Part shown: positions 47,565 to 59,600 of the stretch, piece after piece
Layout of the letters: each line of letters starts with the position of its first letter
Position numbering within the stretch: position 1 is the first letter of the stretch
Assembly (NCBI GenBank): GCA_964057225.1
Contig: OZ059897.1
Coordinates: forward strand, 7,936,001 to 8,000,000
Length of the DNA stretch: 64,000 nucleotides
From: Auanema rhodensis
Lineage: Eukaryota; Animalia; Nematoda
Reading direction: 5' to 3'
Made by a program: the position numbers and the translations under genes
Notes under the pieces: generated by a model
Told to the model about the DNA's origin: nothing
The model's input: only the letters and a program-made list of their open reading frames with translations
Database searches by the model: none

Positions 47565-50038
47565 ATGGCGAGCAAATTGTCGCTGATTGACCGAATCAGC
47601 GTGCAGCTTGCTGAAAGAGCTGCCGCAGAAGGACATGTAGTTAAGACCGGTACCTATATTTCTACTGCTATGCCTTCACCGGCTCTTTCGACTTCCTCTT
47701 CGATCCCGTCTCCTGCTATTCCTTCAGCTACAGCTACGTCTACTGTAGCAAATATATCATCTGCTAGCTCTGTGAATTCCGGGAGATCTAGTCCTGCAGA
47801 GAGCCTACCCTCCAAAATGTCCCCTGATTTCAAGTCGGGAAAAGACAATTCTCGGACTTCCGTTATTGGATCGCTCCCCAAAGCTGATCGTGCTCCACTA
47901 TCCAGTGATGCATTGAACCTACTGCTCAGTTCCCATTTTCCGCTGAATCCAACTCCCGCTTCAGTTCCTGGAAAGCGACCTGCTTCTCCAGAAGAGACCC
48001 AACCAAAGCGAGCCAGGTTGTCTCCAGAGGTTAGTATAGTAACTTTGTTTTCCTTATTTGTGACATTTTTCATTTTTGAGAAGAGTCTGAAATCTTTTTC
48101 GCCTTCTCTAAATGTTTACTGTATCATCTTTGTAATGTTTTCATGTTTCAGTCTTCCTTGTCTATCAAAACAGAGAACGAAGATTCCATCTCAATCGCCA
48201 CGGAAACCGAAGATTCCATACTGAGTTTGAGTGCTCTAAGCACAGCCGAACCTTCACCTGTTTTTTCACTGAGAGATGAATCCATCTTCTGTCAGGTTCC
48301 AGGCCGGTTGGCACTTCTGAACAATAACAGCAAATACCCAGTCACAATCAATGAGGTAATTTTTTTTATTTCTAAACTATTCTCATGGAGCTGAAATTCA
48401 CGTATACATAGCGTTTTCTTTCGTTCTCTAGATTTCGTTCTTTCTCATTTTTTGCTGGTAAAGTTTCTTGAAATTGTGTTCTCATCATCAACTGGTTGTT
48501 TGACTAATCAATAGACGTGGTTGTGTGCTTGGCATGCCGCTAGAAAGGACGGACGGTATTGTGCCTGCGGGGAGAGAGGGTCACGAGAGACACACAGAAG
48601 TGAGATGATGATATAAAGAACAGTCAGAGAGAGTGAGAGAATGAACCTATCTATCTCTCCCTCTCTTTCTCTTTTTTGCCTTCTCGCCCTTCCTCCTTCC
48701 CTCTTTGTCTTTCATGTTCTTTTTCACTCTTTAGCAATGCCCCTTTCTCTTTGTTTTTGTATGGCCGCAGAGGTCGCGTAGCAGCCATATTTTGCCCGAG
48801 AAATAGTGAGAGAGTGAGTGATGCACATACACAGACAAAAATTGTCAGACTGTAGAGTAAAGAGTGAAAGAATAGAGACCGCAGCAGGCATTCGTGGTAA
48901 ATCGTGATGGGTACTGTTGGGATGGAAAATTGAGGGTTGAGCTGATGGGACCAGAGGGCAAAAATGCCTGTTTCAAGCATAAGTATAAGATTGATTTTGT
49001 CATGAGTATGAATTATAAGCACCAATCACCAATCGTTTTTCATATTTGATTTGTAAATAAGTTCTTTGTTATCTATTTATATTCTTTCTAGATTCGTCGA
49101 CGGTTAGGAAATCCTGAAAGGCTGAACGCTTCTATATTGGGAGGAGTTTTACGACGAGCCAAGTCGAAAAATGGTGGAAAAGAGTTGCGTGATCAGCTGG
49201 AGCAAATTGGCCTCGATCTTCCTGCAGGCAAACGAAAAGCTTTTCACATGACGCTGTTCACGGCAATGGTTGAAGGTATGTTGACACTACTACCATCTCT
49301 TGGGATTCTCTCTTTTTCTCATACTCCCTCCTACTATCTGTCTCTCTTTATCGCTCCCACCTCTCCTACGAGTGTGTGTGCAAAGTGTTTGTCTACTGCC
49401 GGTAAAGAAAAAATGTCGATCGCCTCTTACCATCCTCTCCAGCATCTCATAAAAAAATACGGGGGCATATGTCATAATCATATTTTTTTCAGGAGAAGCT
49501 ACTCACCTGGCCAAAGATTTTGATTTTCTCTGTGAAACAGAATTTCCAACTGATATTTTGGCTGAATATGTCATGCAAAAAGAAATGGAAGATGCGGAAC
49601 GCAATAAACGAGATCTTGAAGGCACAGTGTATGTCATTGATATTCCTTGTCGAGCAAGTTAAGGCAATTGTGTTTTAGTCGTGTACTGAGCAGTCTTCTC
49701 TCTACTCTTCGTCAGGATCGTGCTCCTGTTTTCCTCAATAGTTTGATTCCCGTCCTACCTGAACGGGTTCAAGACGGCTTGACTCATTTCTCTCTTTGTA
49801 CTCATGGATTTGGTTCACCAGCTTTTGTGACTGTTTTGAATACCATGATGAAGTGAGTTTTAACTGAACCTTATATTTCTTACTTTGTGTTTTTAGGTAC
49901 ACCGAGAAGTCTTTGGCTAAGTTAAAAAGCATGGAAAACACTAAGAGTCAGATGACGTCGTTGAATCCTGCCGAACTGCAAGCTGTGTGGAAATATGTGA
50001 TTGATATGAATAACTTGAAGGCAGCTGGAGTCAAGTAG
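47565..50038 (+). CDS. AP-2 family transcription factor (aptf-like); exons start at 47565, 48152, 49092, 49493, ~49679 and ~49898
   Basis: [90 protein letters not shown]. Confidence 0.95.
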
Positions 50039-50660
50039 TTGTTTGTAATCTTCTTTTATTCTTTTTAGTACTTTTGTTCTTTTACACAATTTGACTTACT
50101 CTGTACGATTCAAAATCTCAGGTTTGCTGATCTCTCGATCAGGCCCAATTTTCCTCAAACCCAAGCCTTATTCTGGTATATATATATGTGTTTGTGAGAC
50201 AAGTTATACTTGTTCATTTCTTGATTTTCATTTAGCTTGATCAATTCTTATATTTCTTAATAACGTAGTATTGTAGTAGTATGACCAATGGAGTTTCAAC
50301 TCCTTGAATCAGTCTCATGAGAAAAAAAAGAGAATTTATCATACAATAACCGGTCGGTATCTCTCATACGATTGTTAATTGTAAAAAGGGTGCTTTAATT
50401 ATACTTAATAATTGTTCACTTATGTTGGCATTCTGCTCATATTCGAAACCAATCTGCCTTTTCTTATAACACGAGTGTATCATGTATTATATTAGTATTA
50501 ATGATATAAAGTTTATACATTTGATAACAGTTTGTACAATTTTTCAAATCAGATTGTAAAGTTTTTCGACATTTTGTCATGACATCAGACTCGCAATGCA
50601 ATATTTAGAATGTGTGTATATATGCTCTTTTTCTAAGAAAATTTCTGTCCCCTCTCTTCT

Positions 50661-53600
50661 TTAGCCGGAATACCCTTGTCCGATTAGAATGCACAGTACT
50701 ATGGTAATCATAAGAAGGGCACCAACGCCCCAACTGGCTAATGACAGTCTCATGGAATATCTCTGAAAAAGTCTTTCATTAGGCGCTTGCTGGGAATCTT
50801 GTGAACTTACAGCCTCGCGTTTTTCAATGTTCTCCGTGGGTCTGAGAGCTAGCGAGGCCACTGACAGCAAAATCAGTAATCCGGTTGGAGCTAACATGAG
50901 AATTCCTTGTAATATACGATTTTGCCATAGTTTGAAGTTCAATGCAGCGATGACCAAAGCAATAGCTGAAAAGAGGAATGTTAGAAAGTTTTGGTTACGC
51001 AAGTTCAGTTTAATGACAGGGGGAAATGTTTGCACCTGGCATGGCTTGGAGGTCTGAACCTTGCCTGCGGCATGATTTCAAGTTCGGCTTTGTTCGTGAA
51101 CTTAATTGATGGCACGGTCTGCTTTTTGCTTGGCTGTATAATTGGCAGCTACTCAACCTGTTGCATCGTTGTTCTATGTTTTGTGCTGTCTCGCTTTTCT
51201 CTATATTTTCATGGTCGAGACTATGTAGAACTTAGACTTGCGACTTCATTCACCGTCCACTTTACACAGCATTGTATTAAAGCTTGTATCTATAAACGGA
51301 TTTTTTTTCACGTACGTGACCCCCAGCGGCTATTGTCATCTTCAAATGGGTAACATGAAACATTTTTGCAACAGATTTACAACGTACGCCGCATGGGACA
51401 AGCTTATCAAGCTGTATACCATTCGCATTTCCAATATACGCGTAACTTTAGGGGTCTGTTCTGCTAGTTGCGTAAATTCTAAGACAGTTTCTTCTCAATC
51501 TCGGTCACTCATCTCGTGATTTTGTTATTTCCTCGTAATGGTTAATCTATTTGAATGGTTAACGGATAGTTGTCAACTCGTGATCCACGTCATAGAAGTT
51601 GCCTAATTCGCTATGACGTCCTCGTTCGATATTTTGCCAAAAGGCTATCCAATTCAAGTGACGACAGTCATTCTTCTGGATGCTGTCATGACCTCGAGGC
51701 CATAAATATGTTTTTTTTTCTCCAAATGACGAGAGTCGATTTCAGGGCCGACGCTTAGTTGTCGGTTTGTGTGCACTTGAAGTTTGTTAACTCGCAGCAA
51801 ATTTTGGAAAATGTGAGGGTTGCTCAGAAATGAATGCTTCTGATGACGTATCAAAATTTGCTTGAACCTTGACGGTAGGTATTAAAATTGTTCGGCGCTC
51901 AACAAATTTTTTTTCCAGTTGCATTTCTTTCACCCGTGGTCCATTTCTTTCATCTCTCACTCGCAAACTTTCCCTTACATGATCTCTCCCCCTAGAGAGA
52001 AAGGTCTCTCTCTCTCTTTCTCTCTGTTAAACTTTTCCTTCAGCTTGTCTCATGTTCGTTCCAAAACTCATTCTATCTGTCTCACTCTCTGGCTGATATT
52101 TAGTGGACAATCGACAAGGAATAAATGACAAATGACAGGCACTGTATCGAGTATTTTTAAAGTAAAGAAAACGTAAATGTAGCTAACCCTTCAGCTGCAT
52201 CATGCGAAAAAAGCGGGCAGTGACTCATGGATTCCACAAAAAAAACCGTCTGGATACTGTTTTTCGGAGAAATGATGGTTGAAAAGATGAGAAGTTTGTG
52301 AAAAGAAAATGTGTGAAGAAGTTTTGCCGTTGAGCTTTTTTAGATTGAAGAGGCGATGATTGAACTACAAATATCATAGAACGATATTGAAGTCTGAATG
52401 GCAAAATGGTACTCAGTTTCTGATTTCACTGTGCCTATCTGCCTAGTAGCTTTCCTATTGCAAATATTGTCAAACTCATCTACTTCAAGTTTGCCAAAAT
52501 TGCAAATTGCCAAGATTATCATAAATTGCAAGTACATAAACGGCCGCAATTATCAAACACGTGTTATTTTTTGTGAAATTGACGTAACGATCGGTTGTGC
52601 TTTCTCTCACTAAACTCCTTATTCTTTTTCCATTTTTTTTTCATTTTCGCTTCTTTACGCTCCTCTATTTCCCTTTCCCTTTTTAATCTCTCATCTCTGT
52701 TTTTCTCTCTCTCACCTGCTTAACTATCTCGTACTACGCGTCCTTCTACCTTGTTCTGGCTTCTCCTTCTCTCTGATTATACCGATAGTTCATTCAGGTC
52801 TGGGCAGTCTGCACTCTCGACGAAAAATATATTTCTGATTTTTCTCTTTCAGTTCAAAAACTCTGCCATCGGGGTTATAGAAAAAGAGAAACTGTGTAAA
52901 GACGAAAGGGAACGATCATTTCCATGTATTTCTTCCAATAAAAAGAAAAACTTACTGGCTAGCACATAGGATACAATTCCAATAAGACGGTGAGACCAGT
53001 TAAAAAGAGATCGTTGATCATGATTTGGAGGACATCTGAAAATAGTTAAATTAGATGGTCCTCCTCAAAACCTCTAGATGAGGCCATTTGCTCAATGTTT
53101 TTTCGTTCACTCTCTCTTTTTTTCTTTTTTTTTCTTCTATTTGAAGCATTATCTACTGCTATAATGCCCTTTTTAGATTTGAGTTTACTTTTCTTCACAT
53201 ATTGCAAATAGCTGAGATGAATCACCTGAGTAAGGAAAGAAAAGGCTGAAGAACAGCTAATGCTGTCGAGATCACTCCGGTTATTGTATGTATTTGCTTA
53301 GATGTTGAAGCATGTGATCCTGAAATTTATTTTCTCAGAATTATGCAAAGAGTTTCAAAGAGTTAACGATTTGTTCATGGTTATAATCGGAAAAGTGACA
53401 AAAAATATTCAGGAAAACATATTGTTTTCCACGGATTATCGCCGTTTAAGCAAAACATTCTGTGTCAACAGTTCATATTTTTCGATTTTCAGTCACTTTC
53501 TACCATGACAGTTTCCTCTCAATCTCACCTGGACCTATCCATCTCCAATCTTTTGAAATGAAAATTACAAGAATTGATGCTACCATCAGTATAATTCCAA

Positions 53601-55230
53601 TATAGTTAAACGTTCGGTGGACCTGAAAATCGATTATTTTAGTTTTATATAACTATTCCTTAGGCATGGTTTTTCCAACTTTCAGTTTCAATGGCTAACT
53701 TCTACACATGACCGGACAACTTTGTCTAGGGAGTGTCACCGTCGTTTTCGTTTTTCTACTCGTATGATGATCATCCGGTCACGTTGGTTCAGTGGTTGAC
53801 AATCACCAATGAGAAAAAAAAGGGAAAGAGGGAAAGGCTAGAGACAAAGAGAGGGCCAGAGAGAAAGCGAGGGTCAGAGAGAAAGAGAGGCAAAAGAAAA
53901 ATTGTGAACAGTTAAGACTGAGAGAAAGAGGTAGATAGACCTTCACGCGGCACTTCACTTCATGATTTTCTTGAAACCTTGTCGAATAAATAGTTAAGAA
54001 ATACAATTGGGGTTAAATACGTTGTTCGAATCATGTTTCTTAGATTATGTGTTTCAGTAGCAAAGTAAAAGGAGAATAATAAAGAAAAAAGGAAAAATAA
54101 TGATGAAGTGTTGAGCTTTCAAACGACTTACATGGAACCATACAGCTAATCCAAATGGTTTTCTATTACTAAAGCAATCACGAAGCATTCGAGCAAAAAC
54201 AAATGCTGAAGGTATGAAGAAGATCCATGCTAAAACCATTAAAATTCCTGAATGAATATGATTATTATTCTCTTATACATCATATATCGTATGAAACATA
54301 CCATGAACCTTATTCAATGTATGACGTGTTTCAATTGAAAATGAATAGCTAGAAACAACTGGAGGGTGAGCAGTTTCATTGGACACATAGTTAGATTGAA
54401 GAGAATTCTGTAAATAATAACAATCATATGTTTATAGAAATATAAATTAATTGTTTTATTTTTTACTATATTACTATTAAAAATCTTTTTAATTTTTTGT
54501 TTCCAAACTTTGTTATTACAACCAAAAAATTTATCTCGATTACGGTAGCTTTTTCTAAACAATTTTTTTTGAAAAAGATAGATAAGTTTTCTTCTAATCG
54601 ACATGATTTTCCAATTAAAATAGTCTTTTTTTCATTTCAACTAAATGCAACGACAGAAAGGTTTTTGTTGATATTTGAGGGAAAGATTTTGAGAAATAAG
54701 GCTAGATTGCTCGCATTTTCTTTTCTTTCGTGGTTTCTTTTTGATCAAAAAAAAAAAAGTTTCTAACAGCATCTCAATTATTGACATCAATTTTAAAATA
54801 ATTTTTGAGTTCTTTTGTTTTTTTTTGCTGAATTATTTGGGAAACACATTGGTTTACCGATGATTTTCCACTAGTCTTTCTCTTCGCCCCCTCTCCTCCC
54901 TCTCTCTCTTTCTCCTCCTCTTCTCTTTCTATCAATATCTCTCTCTCTCTCTCTCTCTTTCTCCTCCTTTTCTCTTTCTATCAATACCTCTCTCTCTTTC
55001 TCTCTCTCTACCCCCCCCCTCTCTCTCTCTCTCTCTCGTTTGTTCTCTGGAGGAATGCACAGGAGAAATATGATAAGAACTTCTATTTTTAATTTTTTTG
55101 GATGCAGAAGCATAATAGTACCAACAGCCAAGATTAAATTAAATTTTTTTTCAAAATTTAAATTTTAACTTACAGCTATTACTACAGATGAAGATAAAAT
55201 TCCAAAAAATGCTGTAACTAAAATGCCCAT
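50661..55230 (-). CDS. Cytochrome b561 (FRRS1-type) protein without DOMON; exons ~55230-55174, 54407-54302, 54247-54131, 53622-53529, ~53319-53226, ~53035-52956, 50965-50661
   Basis: KVHGILMVLAW..AVWFHVHRTFN..IHTITG..LQPF..RCPPNHDQRSLFNWSHRLIG carries four candidate heme-ligand His; the last exon is the 50661-51035 ORF and parallels the end of the upstream paralogue. Confidence 0.85.
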
Positions 55231-56423
55231 CTTATATATCTCAAACTTTGATAAAACTCTTGTAGGAACCTTTGTATACCTTAAAACAAATGAATTGTAT
55301 CTTATATTGAATCATCTGACGTAAATACTATGAAAAAGCAAAATTTTTGAAAATTAGCTTGAGAGGTTCTGGCCAGAAGTTTGTAAAGTTTTGAAGTTTC
55401 CTTATTTTTTTAAATAGGTTAATGGAAAGTAATATTTGATTATAAGATATTTGAAAATAATCGAGAAATATTGTTTTAATCCGTTTGGGTATTAGTTTGA
55501 AATGACATTTAATCCAAAAAAAAATATTTTTTGTTGTTGTTTTAATTACATCAAAATGTCATTTTTTTCCAAAAAAACTACTGAGAGGGAGACAGATCAT
55601 TTCTCAAATAATTAGAAGAATGATGAAAATGATCCGAATGAACTGTGGATATATTAAAAAGTAAAAATGTAAATAATGAGTAATAGTGAAAAGATGAGCA
55701 ACTCAAACTAAAACAAAAGTTTGAATAGAGATCAGAATCTATTACTCGACAAAGGGTAATGACCTAAACATGAACATGCATAAATGATGTTGTTCAGGAC
55801 AGATTCGATCTTAAAACAGATTCGAAACGTGAGAAACTTGAAAAATGAACATGATCATAGATTTGGTGGGAAAATGGTATGATGCTAGAAGGAAATACAA
55901 TCAGACAGGTCATTGGAGCTGCAGCAGATGAATGCTCAAATTGAAAAACACAATGCTAAATTAATGCATTGATTGAATGATATCAAGGAAAAGCTTTGAG
56001 TTTTGTCTCATTATTGGCCACTTGCACGTTGACATATCAAAGTTCAGAGATAAGAGTTGAATATGTAGTCCTGATAACAGTTCAGAGACGGTCTTTCAAG
56101 CAAGCTTTCAATTGAAAGACAGTCAGAGGGCGATTGTAAAATAGGTAGGATGCTGATCAGACATGAAATTAGTTACATATGTTGAAGAAGCAATTGTATA
56201 AAATTCCATCGTATGTTCACAACAGTTGTTAGCTTAATCTGATAGCTTTCAGAATTTATTGAATGATTCCAGATGAATAGGACTTTCTAAAGTGATTTCT
56301 GATTAAAATTTCAATTGCTATATTCAAGAACATTTGCTAGTGTCAGAGCAACTTCAGAAACCTTATGTTTAAAAATCATAGCACATACTGTTGATGTTTG
56401 ATTTCTTGTTTTTCAATAATTAA

Positions 56424-56466
56424 AAATAATTGTTTTATCTAATATTATTAGATAAAACAATTATTT
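56424..56466. repeat. Perfect AT-rich palindrome, 21-bp arms with a 1-nt centre
   Basis: AAATAATTGTTTTATCTAATA-T-TATTAGATAAAACAATTATTT. Confidence 0.9.
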
Positions 56467-56682
56467 CTTATATAAAAATAGTAAATCATATAGTTTTGAA
56501 ATGAAGTCTTCTCTCTCTAACTTAGTTTTGAATCAAGTCTTCTCTCTCTCTCTCTCTAACTTAGTCGTTGTAATTATTCTTTAAAAATTATATAAATTGA
56601 TAAGAAATAAAGATATTTGTATTTTCAATGATATGACAATATTTGAGAGATAATAATTATTTTCTTTGATTTTTCCAGTTAA

Positions 56683-59600
56683 TTATGGATTGCCAACACC
56701 AACTAGTATACATAAAGCAATAGCATCAGCAAATATGGCGATAAGTAAGACGAATACAACTATCTGGCGAATACGTTCAATCTAAAAATAATGTTATTGT
56801 TGTTTATTGTTGTTGTTGCTATTGTTGTTAGATCTTACCGAATTTTCATCTCCGAAATAGTCAATCATTGGTCCAAGTACGCATAAGAGAATCACAATAC
56901 CTATTGGTACGAGAGAGAGAGTTAGCTGAGCTACTGTATTATTCCAAATAAAGTCGAAATGATAGGCAGCTATACATAAAGCAGTTGCTAAATAAGATAA
57001 TTTGTAATTTCAATATAGATAGATGAATTAATTTGAATTATATGAGCTTAAATAAAGTAACACAATCTTCTAAAGACTAATACAATGAACTTACTAGCCA
57101 AGACATAAGAAGTTACTCCAATACCACGATGAATCCAATTGAAAATGAATCGATTTGGAGTATTTGGAGAGCATCTGAATGATTTGATAAGTTACATCAA
57201 TTGAGTTTTCATGTTTTAATACCTCATGGTACTGATAAATGGTTGTAGCCAAGCTAACACAAGAGCTATTAAGCCTGTCATGGTATGTGTTTGTCCCCAA
57301 TATGATCCAGGAGCTCCTAGAACAATTTAAGTAATTTCAGATCATCTTTTACAAATTAAACCTGGTCCGGTCCACTTCCAATTATTTGCAGTCAAGATGC
57401 AAGCAAATGATGCAATCATACAAAGAATTCCAGTAAGATTAGCTGTTCTATGAACCTGGAAATCCTCGTTAAAATAAGAAAAAAACGATAACAGTAGAAT
57501 CTTACATGGAACCAGATCAGCAAGCCTCCAGGACGCATAAGAGGCCATGAATTACGAAGTAAGCGAGCGAAAATCAGGGCAGTTGGAACAAAGCAACACC
57601 ACGACAATATCATAAGAATAGCTGAAAAAAGGAAAAGTTGGAATATATTCTGAAATACGGAATACCATGAGCTACTATGAGTCTATGTTTAACATCAGCA
57701 GACATTCCTTGTTTGATTTGAGCAATACTTCCTAGATCAACAGCTTCGCCAGATACACCAGTCTTTACATGTCTAGCCAAATCTTAAAAATTTGAGCTTA
57801 AAACTGCCTTTCTCGTTAATCTCAAGTACGAACCAGTTTCAGTAGTTGCTCCCATAGCAAGTAACAAATAATATTTAGATCCTTTCTTATAACTGAATAC
57901 CTAAAGCATTAAACGGATTTATCTGATATTAATAATAACTGAACAAACCTTTGAGCTTTCAGACCATCCATGAATATCTACAGTAGCTGAACAGTATAAC
58001 ATACCATCTTCAACTTTTTTATTATAATTAGTGAAATATGTGCTTTCAATTTTCTAAAATTTAAAATTTTTACTTTTAAAATTACGTATAACTAACTGAT
58101 TCTCCTGGAATTCTTTCATTTCTCAACGGATTAGCATTATTCCATGAAAACTTCATAGTGTAATCCTTTCCTGTTAAAGCTGAGCATTCAATAACGTAAT
58201 CATTTCCCTAAATTTAAGAATATCTGATAAAATATAAAAATTATAAATATCATACCATTCGATTATCTGAGGAAAAACCTAAAGCTATATACTTGTATGA
58301 TTGAGGAACAATAAGTTGTAGCTCAAGCATTGACTCATTTAAAAGCTAAAATACATTATTTAAGAACTAAGCTTCGATCAACATTTCCAAACCCTATATG
58401 TTGCTCCTGCTCCAGTACAGGTTGATGAACCGTCGGGGAAGAAGCAACCAAAAGATTTATAGCACTGACTACAATCAATATGTGAATTCGTTACAGGGGC
58501 TGGAGTTGAACTGCCAAATGTTTCCAAGTTCTTTGAATTTGGTGCGACAAACGCATTTCGTCCATGAGGTTTTAAGGCTGAAATTACGTTTTTTTAATTC
58601 AAGCGATTAATTAAGTTTGATATATTCTAACTTGTATTGTCAGTTGAACCACTTGCCAATAATAAATAATATGATTTCTTGTTATCATATTGGAAAATCT
58701 CAAAATAATTCACGATATATGTCTGATTCTGATTAGCTTTATGCTTTCATACCTTTGGAATACTACTACCACTTGTAACATTAACAACACCTTTACAGTA
58801 AGCATAACCATCTTTAACAGAATATGAAGTACCGGTAATATATGATTTACGAGCATCCTTAAAACAATTAAGAAATTAATTAATTAAGCTGAAATATTTG
58901 AAATTTAATTTATTTATACGTACCGGTTCGCCTGCAATACGTTCATTTGCTGGTTTACCATTATTATATGAAAATTTAATAGAATAATCTTGTCCAGTAA
59001 GTTGTGAACATTCAATAACTGATTCATTACCCTTGAAAAAAAAAGATTATTGAATTATATTCATAACTACCACAACGCATATACTACTTACCATTAGATT
59101 ATCATCAGAAAAGCCTACACCAACATATTTAGCGGCTGGAGATATAACAAATTCAACTAGCATCAGATGATCTTTTGTCCACTAAAAATTAATTTCATTA
59201 AGATAGTTAATTTATATGTGTTATAATTACTGAATAAGTGAATCCAAAACCATCACATTTGGCTTGTCCTTGTGGAAAGAAGCATCCTTTACTCAATCCG
59301 CATTCCGAACAATCAAAAGTCACCGGCACCTGCAGATAAGGATTTTATACTATTGCAATCAAAAAAAAAAAGCAAACGTAATCTATATGAATATACGATG
59401 ATGACGTGCTCTAAGTATACATGAGATATGATCTTATCAATTGTTTGGCACGTCATGTAATTTACATGAAATCTGATGAAAGCAAAAACTTACAATAGCC
59501 ATTGATTCTGATAGCAGAATAGGATAGTCAGCAACGACAGTATGCTCATGATGTTGAAGATCTAAGTTTTTATAAAAATTAGCATAATACTTGAAAAATA

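Noticed and set aside
50661-51035. Stand-alone 124-aa membrane protein
   Set aside because: It is the terminal exon of the b561-only gene (acceptor at 50966).
51000-51900. Stop-riddled coding-like sequence with several short ORFs
   Set aside because: Lies in the last intron of the b561-only gene; no identifiable family, termini or TSD.
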